DNA of 33,753 nucleotides, taken from Gemmatimonadota bacterium. Its GTDB lineage: Bacteria > Gemmatimonadota > Gemmatimonadetes > Gemmatimonadales > GWC2-71-9. The stretch spans positions 1 to 33,753 of the forward strand of contig JAZDCY010000024.1 of assembly GCA_036679645.1 (NCBI GenBank), read 5' to 3'. This document shows, one piece after another, positions 11,543-18,610 of the stretch. The position numbers and the translations under genes are program-made. The notes under the pieces were generated by a model. The model was not told the DNA's origin and did no database searches. It saw only the letters and a list, made by a program, of their open reading frames with translations. How positions within the stretch are numbered: position 1 is the first letter of the stretch; every line of letters starts with the position of its first letter.

Positions 11543-11800
11543 TCACTCCAGCGGCGCAATGCGATTGAGCGGTTTACCCTGCCGGCCCAGCTCCCAGTTC
11601 GCCAACAACTCCTGCCGGTGAAGCTCCGCCCATTCGAGCACATGTCGCATTGCTCTTTTGGGAAAGCTACCGTGAACCAATCCCGATTGCACGTGCACCG
11701 AGATCTCGTATTCGCCATACACGGCGTGGAAGTGCGGCATCCCGTGCTCCACGTAGTACATGTGGATCACGATGCCGAGGAAGCGGGAGATGACGGGCAT
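11543..11800 (-). CDS. DUF4160 protein (putative toxin), copy 1, intact
   Basis: MP.ISRF.GIVI.MY..EH..PHFHA.YG...EWAELH..ELLANW...IAPLE; ATG at 11800. Confidence 0.9.
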   Translation of the reverse strand: MPVISRFLGIVIHMYYVEHGMPHFHAVYGEYEISVHVQSGLVHGSFPKRAMRHVLEWAELHRQELLANWELGRQGKPLNRIAPLE

Positions 11801-11904
11801 GCGGCACAGCGTACTGCTCGACACGCCGACCGCTGTCACCGCAAGTCTGCCGCAGCATATCAGAATCGCGCCCCGTCCGCTGTGTCTGGCACGGTGGCCC
11901 GTCG
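11801..11904. repeat. Leader repeat L, copy 1 (DUF4160 upstream region; contains the -10-like TACGCT and junction core J)
   Basis: 88/104 identical to 17503-17606; the first 70 nt also match 13859-13928. Confidence 0.9.
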
Positions 11905-12044
11905 GAGCGAACCTATCGCACTGATGACCAGCTGGACAAACGTAGGGTTTGATATCCGTTGCACAAAATTCACCATGAACCTGGATTCGGAGCCCTGCAC
12001 CAACGCCATCTCGTGTCCCCGGGGTCAAGTTGACAATATTCCAT

Positions 12045-12143
12045 GCGGAGAATACCGAAGCTAACATCCGCAAAAACTGCGTAGATTACCCTTGCACGCG
12101 CGGAGAATAGCGCTTATAATATCCGCACCACACGCGGAGATTA
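12045..12143 (+). promoter_or_regulatory. Sigma70 promoter of fic within a 55-bp-period duplicated operator
   Basis: TTGCAC(12092-97)-17 bp-TATAAT(12115-20); GCGGAGAATA at 12045/12100, ATCCGCA at 12066/12121, GCGKAGATTA at 12079/12134. Confidence 0.75.
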
Positions 12144-12147
12144 TGGC

Positions 12148-13248
12148 ATGTACATCTGGGAAAACCCGGGGTGGCCTGCCTTTACATGTGACGAAAAAGG
12201 CCTGTCCAGACTACTCGCGCAGGTTGCGCGCGAACAGGGACGGCTACTCGGGAGAATGGAAGGGCTCGGCTTCGACCTCCGCGCTGAAGCTCACCTCCAC
12301 ACGCTGACCGAGGACGTGGTCGAGTCGAGCGAGATCGAGGGTGAGAAGTTAGCACGCGACGAGGTCAGATCGTCGATCGCAAGACGGCTTGGTATGAATG
12401 CCGGCGGCCTCGTCCCGGCCGACCGCAATGTCGAAGGCGTCGTGGAAATGACGCTTGATGCGACCGGCAATTATGACGCACCGCTCACAGAGGAGCGGCT
12501 ATTCGCATGGCACGCGGCACTATTCCCGACAGGCCGCACCGGTATGCAGAAAATCAGCGTCGGGACCTGGCGCGACGACAGCAACGGCCCGATGCAGATT
12601 GTCTCCGGTCCGATGGGCCGCGAGAACGTGCACTACGAGGCGCCGCCCGCCGCGCGCTTGGCCGATGAAATGACGAAGTTTCTAGAGTGGTTTGAGGAGC
12701 CGGGAGAGATTGACCCGCTGCTCAAAACAGGACTGGCGCATTTGTGGTTCGTAACCATCCATCCGTTCGACGACGGCAACGGACGTATTGCCCGAGCGAT
12801 AGCTGATATGGCGCTCGCCCGCACGGAAAAGAGCCGCCAGCGCTTTTACAGCATGTCGGCGCAAATCCGCCAAGAACGCAAAGCCTACTACCGGACACTG
12901 GAATGCACGCAGAAGGGTGAGATAGATGTCCCGCGGTGGCAAACTTGGTTCCTGAACTGTCTTCAGCGCGCCATCGAAGGTGCCCAAGAAACGCTCTCCT
13001 CCGTGCTCAGGAAGGCGCGCTTCTGGGAACGGTTCGCTAGGGAGCCTTTGAACGAACGCCAAATCACAGTGTTGAACAGATTGCTGGACGGACTTGACGG
13101 TAACCTCACGTCTTCGAAATGGGCAAAGCTCGCCAAGTGCTCGCAGGATACGGCATACCGCGACATTCTCGATCTCGTCGGGCGCAACGCATTGAGGAAG
13201 AATCCCGGCGGCGGCCGCAGCACAAGCTATTCGCTGGTCGTCGAGTGA
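12148..13248 (+). CDS. Fic-family protein (DUF4172 N-terminus, Fic domain, C-terminal wHTH)
   Basis: MYIWE...WP.F, SSEIEGE, the canonical HPFDDGNGRIAR motif, and KCSQDTAYRDI...GGRSTSY. Confidence 0.95.
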   Translation: MYIWENPGWPAFTCDEKGLSRLLAQVAREQGRLLGRMEGLGFDLRAEAHLHTLTEDVVESSEIEGEKLARDEVRSSIARRLGMNAGGLVPADRNVEGVVEMTLDATGNYDAPLTEERLFAWHAALFPTGRTGMQKISVGTWRDDSNGPMQIVSGPMGRENVHYEAPPAARLADEMTKFLEWFEEPGEIDPLLKTGLAHLWFVTIHPFDDGNGRIARAIADMALARTEKSRQRFYSMSAQIRQERKAYYRTLECTQKGEIDVPRWQTWFLNCLQRAIEGAQETLSSVLRKARFWERFAREPLNERQITVLNRLLDGLDGNLTSSKWAKLAKCSQDTAYRDILDLVGRNALRKNPGGGRSTSYSLVVE

Positions 13249-13431
13249 ATAGGACGAGAGGCGATGGTGCGAGGGACCCTGCGCTGACGTAACCTTGTAA
13301 GATGCAGTCCCGGCGGTGGTAGCGGCGTGGTCGGAACTGGACGTTGACGCGCGGTGCGCGCTACGAGGCAGGCCAGTCGCACGGGTGCAGCCGGTGCCCT
13401 TGAGTGACGTACCGGATCAGATTGGTGCCGG

Positions 13432-13656
13432 CTATTGCAGAAACTCGGGGGCGATGTCAGCACCGTTCGGCCAGACGAGCGTCTGAAACTCCGGATGAAC
13501 CGTGAACCGCTTGAAGTACTCGACGTCGCGCAACGGCTCGAACACCTCTCCCCACAATTCTCGGCTGAGGTCCACCTCTCCGGCGGTGCCGTCGCGGAAC
13601 CGAAGCCAAATCACAAAATCGCGAACGTACCTGGCCTCTTCGACGAGGTAATCCAT
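13432..13656 (-). CDS. DUF2442 protein (putative antitoxin), copy 2
   Basis: MDYLVEEARY...LRFRDGTAGEVDL...TLVWPNGADIAPEFLQ, a close paralog of copy 1. Confidence 0.88.
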   Translation of the reverse strand: MDYLVEEARYVRDFVIWLRFRDGTAGEVDLSRELWGEVFEPLRDVEYFKRFTVHPEFQTLVWPNGADIAPEFLQ

Positions 13657-13660
13657 AGCG

Positions 13661-13858
13661 TTACTCCAACGGCGCAATTCGGTTCACGGGCATGCCGCGC
13701 CGTGCCAGTTCCCAGTTAGCCAACAGTTCCGCGCGGTGAACGGTCGCCCATTCCGTGACGTGCCGCTGCGCCCGATTCGGAAAACTACCATGAACCGCCC
13801 CGGATTCCACCTCAACCGAAATCCAGTGCGCGCCGTAGTGGGCGTGGAAGTGCGGGAT
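13661..13858 (-). pseudogene. DUF4160 copy 2, N-terminally deleted
   Basis: The leader joins directly to (I)PHFHAHYG...; the first 20 codons of copy 1 and the ATG are missing. Confidence 0.8.
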
Positions 13859-13928
13859 GCGGCGGAGCGTACCGCTCGACACCCTGACCGCCGTCACCGC
13901 AAGTCCGCCTTAGCGTATCAGAATCACG
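13859..13928. repeat. Leader repeat L, copy 2 (ends at junction core J, 13916-13928)
   Basis: gcggcggagcgtaccgctcgacaccctgaccgccgtcaccgcaagtccgccttagcgtatcagaatcacg aligns with 11801-11870 and 17503-17572. Confidence 0.88.
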
Positions 13929-13936
13929 TGCTACGC

Positions 13937-15181
13937 TCACAGCTCCACCAGGTACTGCGGTTGGAATGGGTTGTCAGTCACGGCCACCTCCCCGAGTTCG
14001 GCCACCTTGAAGGCCTTGATTCCCTCTCCCGGTCCGCCGCCGCGCTCCCGCTCGAATACGTAGAGCAACAGGTTGCCCGTCTTGGGCATGCGAAGCGAGT
14101 AGGGCTCGACCAGACGGGAAACGCCATGGTAGTCGACCCGTGCAAGCAGCCGGTTGCGCGCGGCGTAGCGCAGCCGGTCCATGCCGGTACCGTACGCGGC
14201 CTCCGGCCCGGTTCCTCGCGACGCCATGGTGCCCAGACGCAGGGGCCGGATCGCAGCGAGCGGTGGCCTGAAGCGGATAGGGTCAACAGACACTTCGTTC
14301 CGCCGACCGGGGACCGGCGCGAGTGCCGGCGGTACGGCGCCTCCCAACAGCCAGTCGAGGATCTCACGCAGCGCGGCGAGAAAATCCTCGACCGGTGGAA
14401 GAACAGGAAGCTGGTGCCGCAAGGACTGGCTCCAGTCAGTCTCCAGCACCTCTGGGTCGATGCGTGCCAGAATCCCGTCGGGCTCGGGCGAATCGAGGTC
14501 CTTGAATGCGAACTTCTCGGCCGTGAGCGTCGCGATACGATCGCGCGGCAGGTCTGTCCGCAGGTTTCGACCCACGTTGACGACATCGTAGACGTCGCGA
14601 GCCCTGCCGGATCGCTCGACGAGTGCACGGATCTTCTCCGCGAGGATCTCGGCGAGGCTGTAGCAACGAACGCGCGGAATCTGATCGGGAACGTCGGAGT
14701 ACCCGTGAAAGACCTCCCGGTGTTCGGCGGGTTCGACCACGATCTCGTCGCTGGTCAAGTCGAATCGGACGCGCTGACGGTTAGCCCTCGAGAGTTGGAG
14801 CGGGCCGACATAGGTCATGCGTGCTTGGTATGTGCGTTGACCGCGCTTGTTGACCGACTCGGCTACGTCGATGCCCTCTGGCGGGAACTCGAGTCCTGAC
14901 TGCTCGTGCGCCCAACGGGCGACGTCCAGGAAACTGTCGCGGATGGCGCCTGGGTCGTACGGGGTGTCGGGCGGAACGGTGAAGTCCAGGTCCTCGGAGA
15001 AGCGATAGGTATCGAAGTAGCACTTCTTCAGGCAGGTGCCGCCTTTGAACAGCCAGTCTCGCAGGGTCGTGTGCTGCGCGATCCCGTACAGAACCCAGCC
15101 GAGGGCATAGTCCTTTTCGACCGTTGTGGGTAGCAGGCCCGTCTCGGTGGCGACCGCGAGCATCTCCGCCTTGGGAATCAT
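13937..15181 (-). CDS. AbiEii/AbiGii-type nucleotidyltransferase toxin with a C-terminal WYL-like domain
   Basis: VEKDY, FKGGTCLKKCY...RFSEDLDF, AEK.RAL and RARDVYD; C-terminal LRYAARNRLLARVDY...RLVEPYSL...LLYVFE...IKAFKVAEL; ATGA-coupled to the antitoxin. Confidence 0.88.
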   Translation of the reverse strand: MIPKAEMLAVATETGLLPTTVEKDYALGWVLYGIAQHTTLRDWLFKGGTCLKKCYFDTYRFSEDLDFTVPPDTPYDPGAIRDSFLDVARWAHEQSGLEFPPEGIDVAESVNKRGQRTYQARMTYVGPLQLSRANRQRVRFDLTSDEIVVEPAEHREVFHGYSDVPDQIPRVRCYSLAEILAEKIRALVERSGRARDVYDVVNVGRNLRTDLPRDRIATLTAEKFAFKDLDSPEPDGILARIDPEVLETDWSQSLRHQLPVLPPVEDFLAALREILDWLLGGAVPPALAPVPGRRNEVSVDPIRFRPPLAAIRPLRLGTMASRGTGPEAAYGTGMDRLRYAARNRLLARVDYHGVSRLVEPYSLRMPKTGNLLLYVFERERGGGPGEGIKAFKVAELGEVAVTDNPFQPQYLVEL

Positions 15182-16017
15182 TCGTCGTCCACTGGGATGT
15201 TCACGCGAAGCCGCCAGCGGGAGACGATCGGACCGCGCTTGGGACCGGACGGGTCGAGCAGCGCGATGCCCGTGGATAGCCCCGCCCGGCACCGCTCTAT
15301 CCAGGCGTCCTCCGGATCGCCGAATCGCTCGGCGGTGAAGCCGAGGCGCTTGAACACACTCCCACGGCCCAGGCGCGCGGCGAGGTCGAGGAGCGTCGCC
15401 GGGTCCCGGTCAGGGCGCTTCCAGTAGTTGCGGACGATGTCCAGCGTCTGGCGACCGCCACCGCCCATTGCCGGTGTGTCGAGGACGTCGATCACGGTCC
15501 GGTGCATGGTAGCAATCAAGACGGGCACCGTCCCCGACCAGACCTTGGTAGTCCCAAAGATCGAATCCTCGGTGACGCGGTGGACGAAGAACTTCACTCC
15601 ACCGGCTGTCTGTTCGGCTTGACGCTGAGCCTTGGCGCTGTAGACAACGACAGTGTTGGATATCTGCTCGGTGAGTTCCCAGTGCTGCGCCGCGGTCCAG
15701 CCGGAGATGTAGCAGGGCGCGAACAGCTCCATCGCGACGGCGAGGGGCTGCTCGACCACCGTCCGTGACGAGGTCGATGAGAGCGGCACGACCGCGTACA
15801 CACCGCGGCGCAGCCGGGTGAGCCAGCCTTTTCGCGCCAGCCGCGACAGTGTGAGGTTGGCGGCGTGCCGGCTCACACCTAGCTGGAGCACAACGTCATC
15901 GGCTTTGACCGTGGGACGTTCGAGCGCCGCGAGGGCGGAAAGGACGGCTCTTTCGGCCTCTCCCAGACCTGCTCTTCGATCACCAGAATCAGCAATCACC
16001 AATACGCATACCATCAC
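15178..16017 (-). CDS. AbiEi-family (type IV TA) antitoxin/transcriptional regulator
   Basis: wHTH motif L.RKGWL.RLRRGVY, YISGWTAA.HW.LTEQ and RT..D.LD.P..GGG; start is GTG 16017 or ATG 16014. Confidence 0.9.
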   Translation of the reverse strand: MMVCVLVIADSGDRRAGLGEAERAVLSALAALERPTVKADDVVLQLGVSRHAANLTLSRLARKGWLTRLRRGVYAVVPLSSTSSRTVVEQPLAVAMELFAPCYISGWTAAQHWELTEQISNTVVVYSAKAQRQAEQTAGGVKFFVHRVTEDSIFGTTKVWSGTVPVLIATMHRTVIDVLDTPAMGGGGRQTLDIVRNYWKRPDRDPATLLDLAARLGRGSVFKRLGFTAERFGDPEDAWIERCRAGLSTGIALLDPSGPKRGPIVSRWRLRVNIPVDDE

Positions 16018-16023
16018 TATAAG

Positions 16024-16093
16024 ACATTATTAACATCAATAATATACATATCCCGATGTTTTCAGTGTGTCAAATAGCTTATCAAGCTACTGG
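16024..16093 (-). promoter_or_regulatory. abiE promoter/operator region containing motif P copy 2 (16054-16093)
   Basis: Minus-strand TTGACA (16068-73); AT-rich inverted repeat ATTATT-N6-AATAAT (16026-16043). Confidence 0.55.
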
Positions 16094-16162
16094 TGTGGTT
16101 TAGCATATAGCATGACAAGACAGCGCAATGGTGTCGGCGCGGTGCCGCGACTCCTTGCGATA

Positions 16163-16178
16163 ACAAGTTAAAACTTGT
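16163..16178. promoter_or_regulatory. Perfect inverted repeat, candidate HicB operator
   Basis: ACAAGTT-AA-AACTTGT about 85 nt upstream of hicA. Confidence 0.45.
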
Positions 16179-16263
16179 ATTTTGCCTCTGTTCGCGAGCG
16201 CGTCCAGAACGCTCTTGCCAGCTAGTCCGCAAACCAGAAGGAGCACAGAAATGGAACGCAGGA

Positions 16264-16452
16264 ATGGATTCCAAGACCATCATTCGAGCTCTCAAGGCTG
16301 ATGGTTGGTTCCCGGCTCGCACGAAGGGATCACATCACCACTTCGCGCACGACACGAAGCCGGGAATCGTCACGGTCCCTCATCCGAAGAAGGATCTTGC
16401 AACGGGACTCGTGAAGAGCATCGAGAAGCAGGCCGGGATCAAGTTCACGTGA
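16264..16452 (+). CDS. hicA: HicA-family toxin
   Basis: L.ADGW...RTKGSHHHF.H..KPG.VTVPHPKKDL..G..KSI.KQAG. Confidence 0.95.
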   Translation: MDSKTIIRALKADGWFPARTKGSHHHFAHDTKPGIVTVPHPKKDLATGLVKSIEKQAGIKFT

Positions 16453-16506
16453 GGAGCCTGCACAACGATTCGGGACTCCCTCTCAACTCTGAGGTACAGT
16501 AGCATC

Positions 16507-16977
16507 ATGCGTTACCACGCGATCGTCACAAAGGAGGGTCGCACCACACTTGCACGCTTTCCTGCGTGTCCCGGGTGCCAGACTCAGGCTGATCCGGGCG
16601 AGGACATTCGCGCTCAGGCGACAGACGCCCTCGAAGGATGGCTCGAAGCGAACCTTGTGCAGGGGCGAGTGCCTCCCACGCCCTCCACTCGGAGGCCGCG
16701 CGCGCCGGCTGGTGCCAAGGTTGTCGAGGTTCCGGTGTCGCCCGGTCTGGCCGCCCGCGTTCATCTGCGGGTAGCCAGGCACGAGGCGGGACTGTCGCAG
16801 GCGGCGCTTGCGCGGAAGGTAGGCGTGAGCCAGCAGCAGATCGCGGCGCTGGAATCACCGGACTCGAACGTAACGGTCGGGACGCTCGTGAAGGTAGCGA
16901 AGGCGTTGGGACGGGAGGTGGCGATCGAGTTTCGAAGGAGCCCGCCTGCAAAGTCAACGCGGTATCAGCCCGCCTGA
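16507..16977 (+). CDS. hicB: HicB-family antitoxin with a C-terminal XRE HTH
   Basis: FP.CPGC.TQ...A.DAL.GWL N-terminal domain; GLSQAALARKVGVSQQQIAALE HTH. Confidence 0.9.
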   Translation: MRYHAIVTKEGRTTLARFPACPGCQTQADPGEDIRAQATDALEGWLEANLVQGRVPPTPSTRRPRAPAGAKVVEVPVSPGLAARVHLRVARHEAGLSQAALARKVGVSQQQIAALESPDSNVTVGTLVKVAKALGREVAIEFRRSPPAKSTRYQPA

Positions 16978-17019
16978 TTCCTTGCGACCGAAGACCGCGC
17001 CTTAGGCTCGGCGTGCGGG

Positions 17020-17264
17020 CGCCGTGCGCCAGCTCGTACAGTAGACCCGGGTCCAGGTCGGCCCCGTTCGGCCAGACGACGGTGCCCGCGTCGCCGTCCA
17101 CGCTCACTTGAGCGATTACCACAGGATCGCGGAGCGCCGGCGAAGACACTCTGACTCTCGGTGATCCAGCGCGACAGGTCCACGGCCCCCCGTGATCCGT
17201 CCGCGAAGGTGAGTTCAACAACAAGGGGGGGCTTGGGGCTGGCCGCGACAATCCGCGGGTGCAT
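17020..17264 (-). pseudogene. DUF2442 copy 3, frameshifted (3' end approximate)
   Basis: MHPRIV...LTFADGSRGAVDL...SVFA shifts frame near 17135 into ALRDP...GTVVWPNGADLDP. Confidence 0.78.
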
Positions 17265-17269
17265 GGCTG

Positions 17270-17502
17270 CTCCAGTGGAGCGATACGCTCGGCTAGTTCT
17301 CAAGCACCTCGACTCGGTGCAGTGCCGTCCACGCGACAACCAGCGCCAAGGGGCGGGCCGACAAGTCCCCATCCAAGAGGCCTACCGAATCGATGCGGAT
17401 CGTCACTTCTGTGCCGCCGTAACTTGCATGAAGGTGCGGCGGCTCGTGGTCGAAGAACTACATACTGATCACGATCCCGAAGAAGTGTGAAATCTCGGGT
17501 AC
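17270..17502 (-). pseudogene. DUF4160 copy 3, disrupted
   Basis: Reads (V)PEISHFFGIVISM*FFDHEPPHLHASYG...VAWTALHRVEVLEN*; GTA at the start position, TAG at 17458-60 and 17293-95, RIAPLE tail after a deletion. Confidence 0.82.
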
Positions 17503-17606
17503 GCGGCACAGCGTACCGCTCGAGACGCGAACCGCTGTCACCGCAAGTCCACCCCAGCGTATCGGAATCACGCCCCCTTCCCTGTGTCTGGCATGGTGGT
17601 TCGTCG
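17503..17606. repeat. Leader repeat L, copy 3 (core J at 17560-17572)
   Basis: 88/104 identical to 11801-11904. Confidence 0.9.
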
Positions 17607-17831
17607 TAAGCGGGTTGCCGTTGGGCTTCCGCTCGCCACCGATCTCAGCTGGGCCTGCCCAGGCGGCGCCCATGCTCGGACAGCAGGTCGGGATCTACAG
17701 CGGTCCCGTGGGTCCGTACTATCGTGCCCGGCGGCAAGGCGCTGCCTCTTCTAGCCATCTCTTCCAATGACCAAAGTAATTGCAAACTAACGACTTACGC
17801 TTGGTCGCCAATTCATCACACATGACAGTGC

Positions 17832-17868
17832 TTCGTTTATTGCGTTTATTACGTTTAATTCGTATATT
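17832..17868 (+). promoter_or_regulatory. Four 9-bp tandem repeats overlapping a sigma70-like promoter
   Basis: TTCGTTTAT TGCGTTTAT TACGTTTAA TTCGTATAT; TTGCGT(17840-45)-17 bp-TATATT(17863-68). Confidence 0.7.
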
Positions 17869-17898
17869 AGCACCACGTTGAAACCACGGTGAGGCCAA

Positions 17899-18351
17899 AT
17901 GACCCCAGCGACGATAGCAGAACCGACCCCCCAGACCGCAGAGGAGGCACGGACGGCGATCCGAGCACTGGCCGAACTGCACCGGGGCGCGCCTAGCCCG
18001 GAGTTCCGGGTTCAATCGCGCACAGGCCCGGAGGTCACGATCACCATCCCCGGACCCGCTCTTGACCTGCTCCTGGAGATCCTGGGCCAGATGGCGAACG
18101 GGAACGCAGTGAGCGTCGTCCCGGTCCATGCCGAGCTAACGACGCAACAGGCCGCGGACATGCTCAACGTGTCGCGGCCCTATCTCGTCCAGCTACTCGA
18201 GGCGGGAGCAATTCCCCACCGGCGCGTCGGCGCCCACCGACGGGTGCGCTTCGGCGACCTCATGGCGTACAAGCGGCAGGATGACCAGCGTCGGCAGGCG
18301 GTCATGGACGAGCTGGCGGCGGAGGCGCAGAGGCACGGACTCGGGTACTAA
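17899..18351 (+). CDS. Excisionase-family (HTH_17) DNA-binding protein, typical partner of PIN toxins
   Basis: GNAVSVVPVHAELTTQQAADMLNVSRPYLV.LL..G.IP..RVG.HRRV. Confidence 0.92.
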   Translation: MTPATIAEPTPQTAEEARTAIRALAELHRGAPSPEFRVQSRTGPEVTITIPGPALDLLLEILGQMANGNAVSVVPVHAELTTQQAADMLNVSRPYLVQLLEAGAIPHRRVGAHRRVRFGDLMAYKRQDDQRRQAVMDELAAEAQRHGLGY

Positions 18352-18357
18352 CGCATA

Positions 18358-18402
18358 ATGGCGTTCACCGTCGTCTATGACGCGTGCGTTCTCTACCCAG
18401 CT
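18358..18402 (+). pseudogene. PIN-domain toxin, only the first ~15 codons remain
   Basis: ATG at 18358 reads MAFTVVYDACVLYPA, the N-terminus of PIN proteins that follow HTH_17 genes; similarity ends at repeat R. Confidence 0.8.
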
Positions 18403-18428
18403 CTGAGCACGGGATTCGAGTCGGAGCG
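18401..18428. repeat. Direct repeat R, copy 1
   Basis: ctctgagcacgggattcgagtcggagcg versus ctctgagc-cgggattcgactcggagcg at 20637-20663 (1 indel, 1 mismatch). Confidence 0.8.
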
Positions 18429-18436
18429 GTCCGAGC

Positions 18437-18515
18437 TATCAGAATCACGTGCGACGCTCACAGCTCCACCAGGTACCGCGGTTGGAAGGGGTTGATCCGT
18501 CACCGCCACGTCCCG
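18437..18515 (-). pseudogene. Remnant of a second abiEii-WYL 3' end plus junction core J
   Basis: 72/79 identical to 13916-13993; encodes ...NPFQPRYLVEL*. Confidence 0.88.
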
Positions 18516-18520
18516 CGCCA

Positions 18521-18550
18521 TGATATTCTCAGTGCGTCAAGTGGCGTATT
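18521..18550. repeat. Boundary motif P, copy 3
   Basis: tgatattctcagtgcgtcaagtggcgtatt; 22/30 identical to 16054-16083. Confidence 0.55.
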
Positions 18551-18610
18551 CGGACCTCGATGTCACTCACGATGTACAGGCGAGACCTCGCAATGTGCGC
18601 GTCGATCTGG

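Noticed and set aside
17293..17460. Two in-frame TAG codons in DUF4160 copy 3 suggesting stop-codon recoding
   Set aside because: TAG terminates intact genes here (gyrB, sdhA, tcmP), and the same locus also has a lost start, a deletion and a frameshifted partner
17774..17797. Imperfect palindrome AAGTAATTG-CAAAC-TAACGACTT as a dif/Xer-like site
   Set aside because: It does not match XerC/XerD arm consensus well and occurs only once
17899..18351. Excisionase-family gene as evidence of a prophage or integrative element
   Set aside because: The PIN remnant directly downstream indicates a TA antitoxin; no integrase or phage structural genes are present
11801..18550. Repeats L/J/P as a CRISPR array or classical integron attC array
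   Set aside because: Spacing is irregular and kilobase-scale, no cas or intI gene is present, and I saw no RYYYAAC...GTTRRRY hairpin architecture
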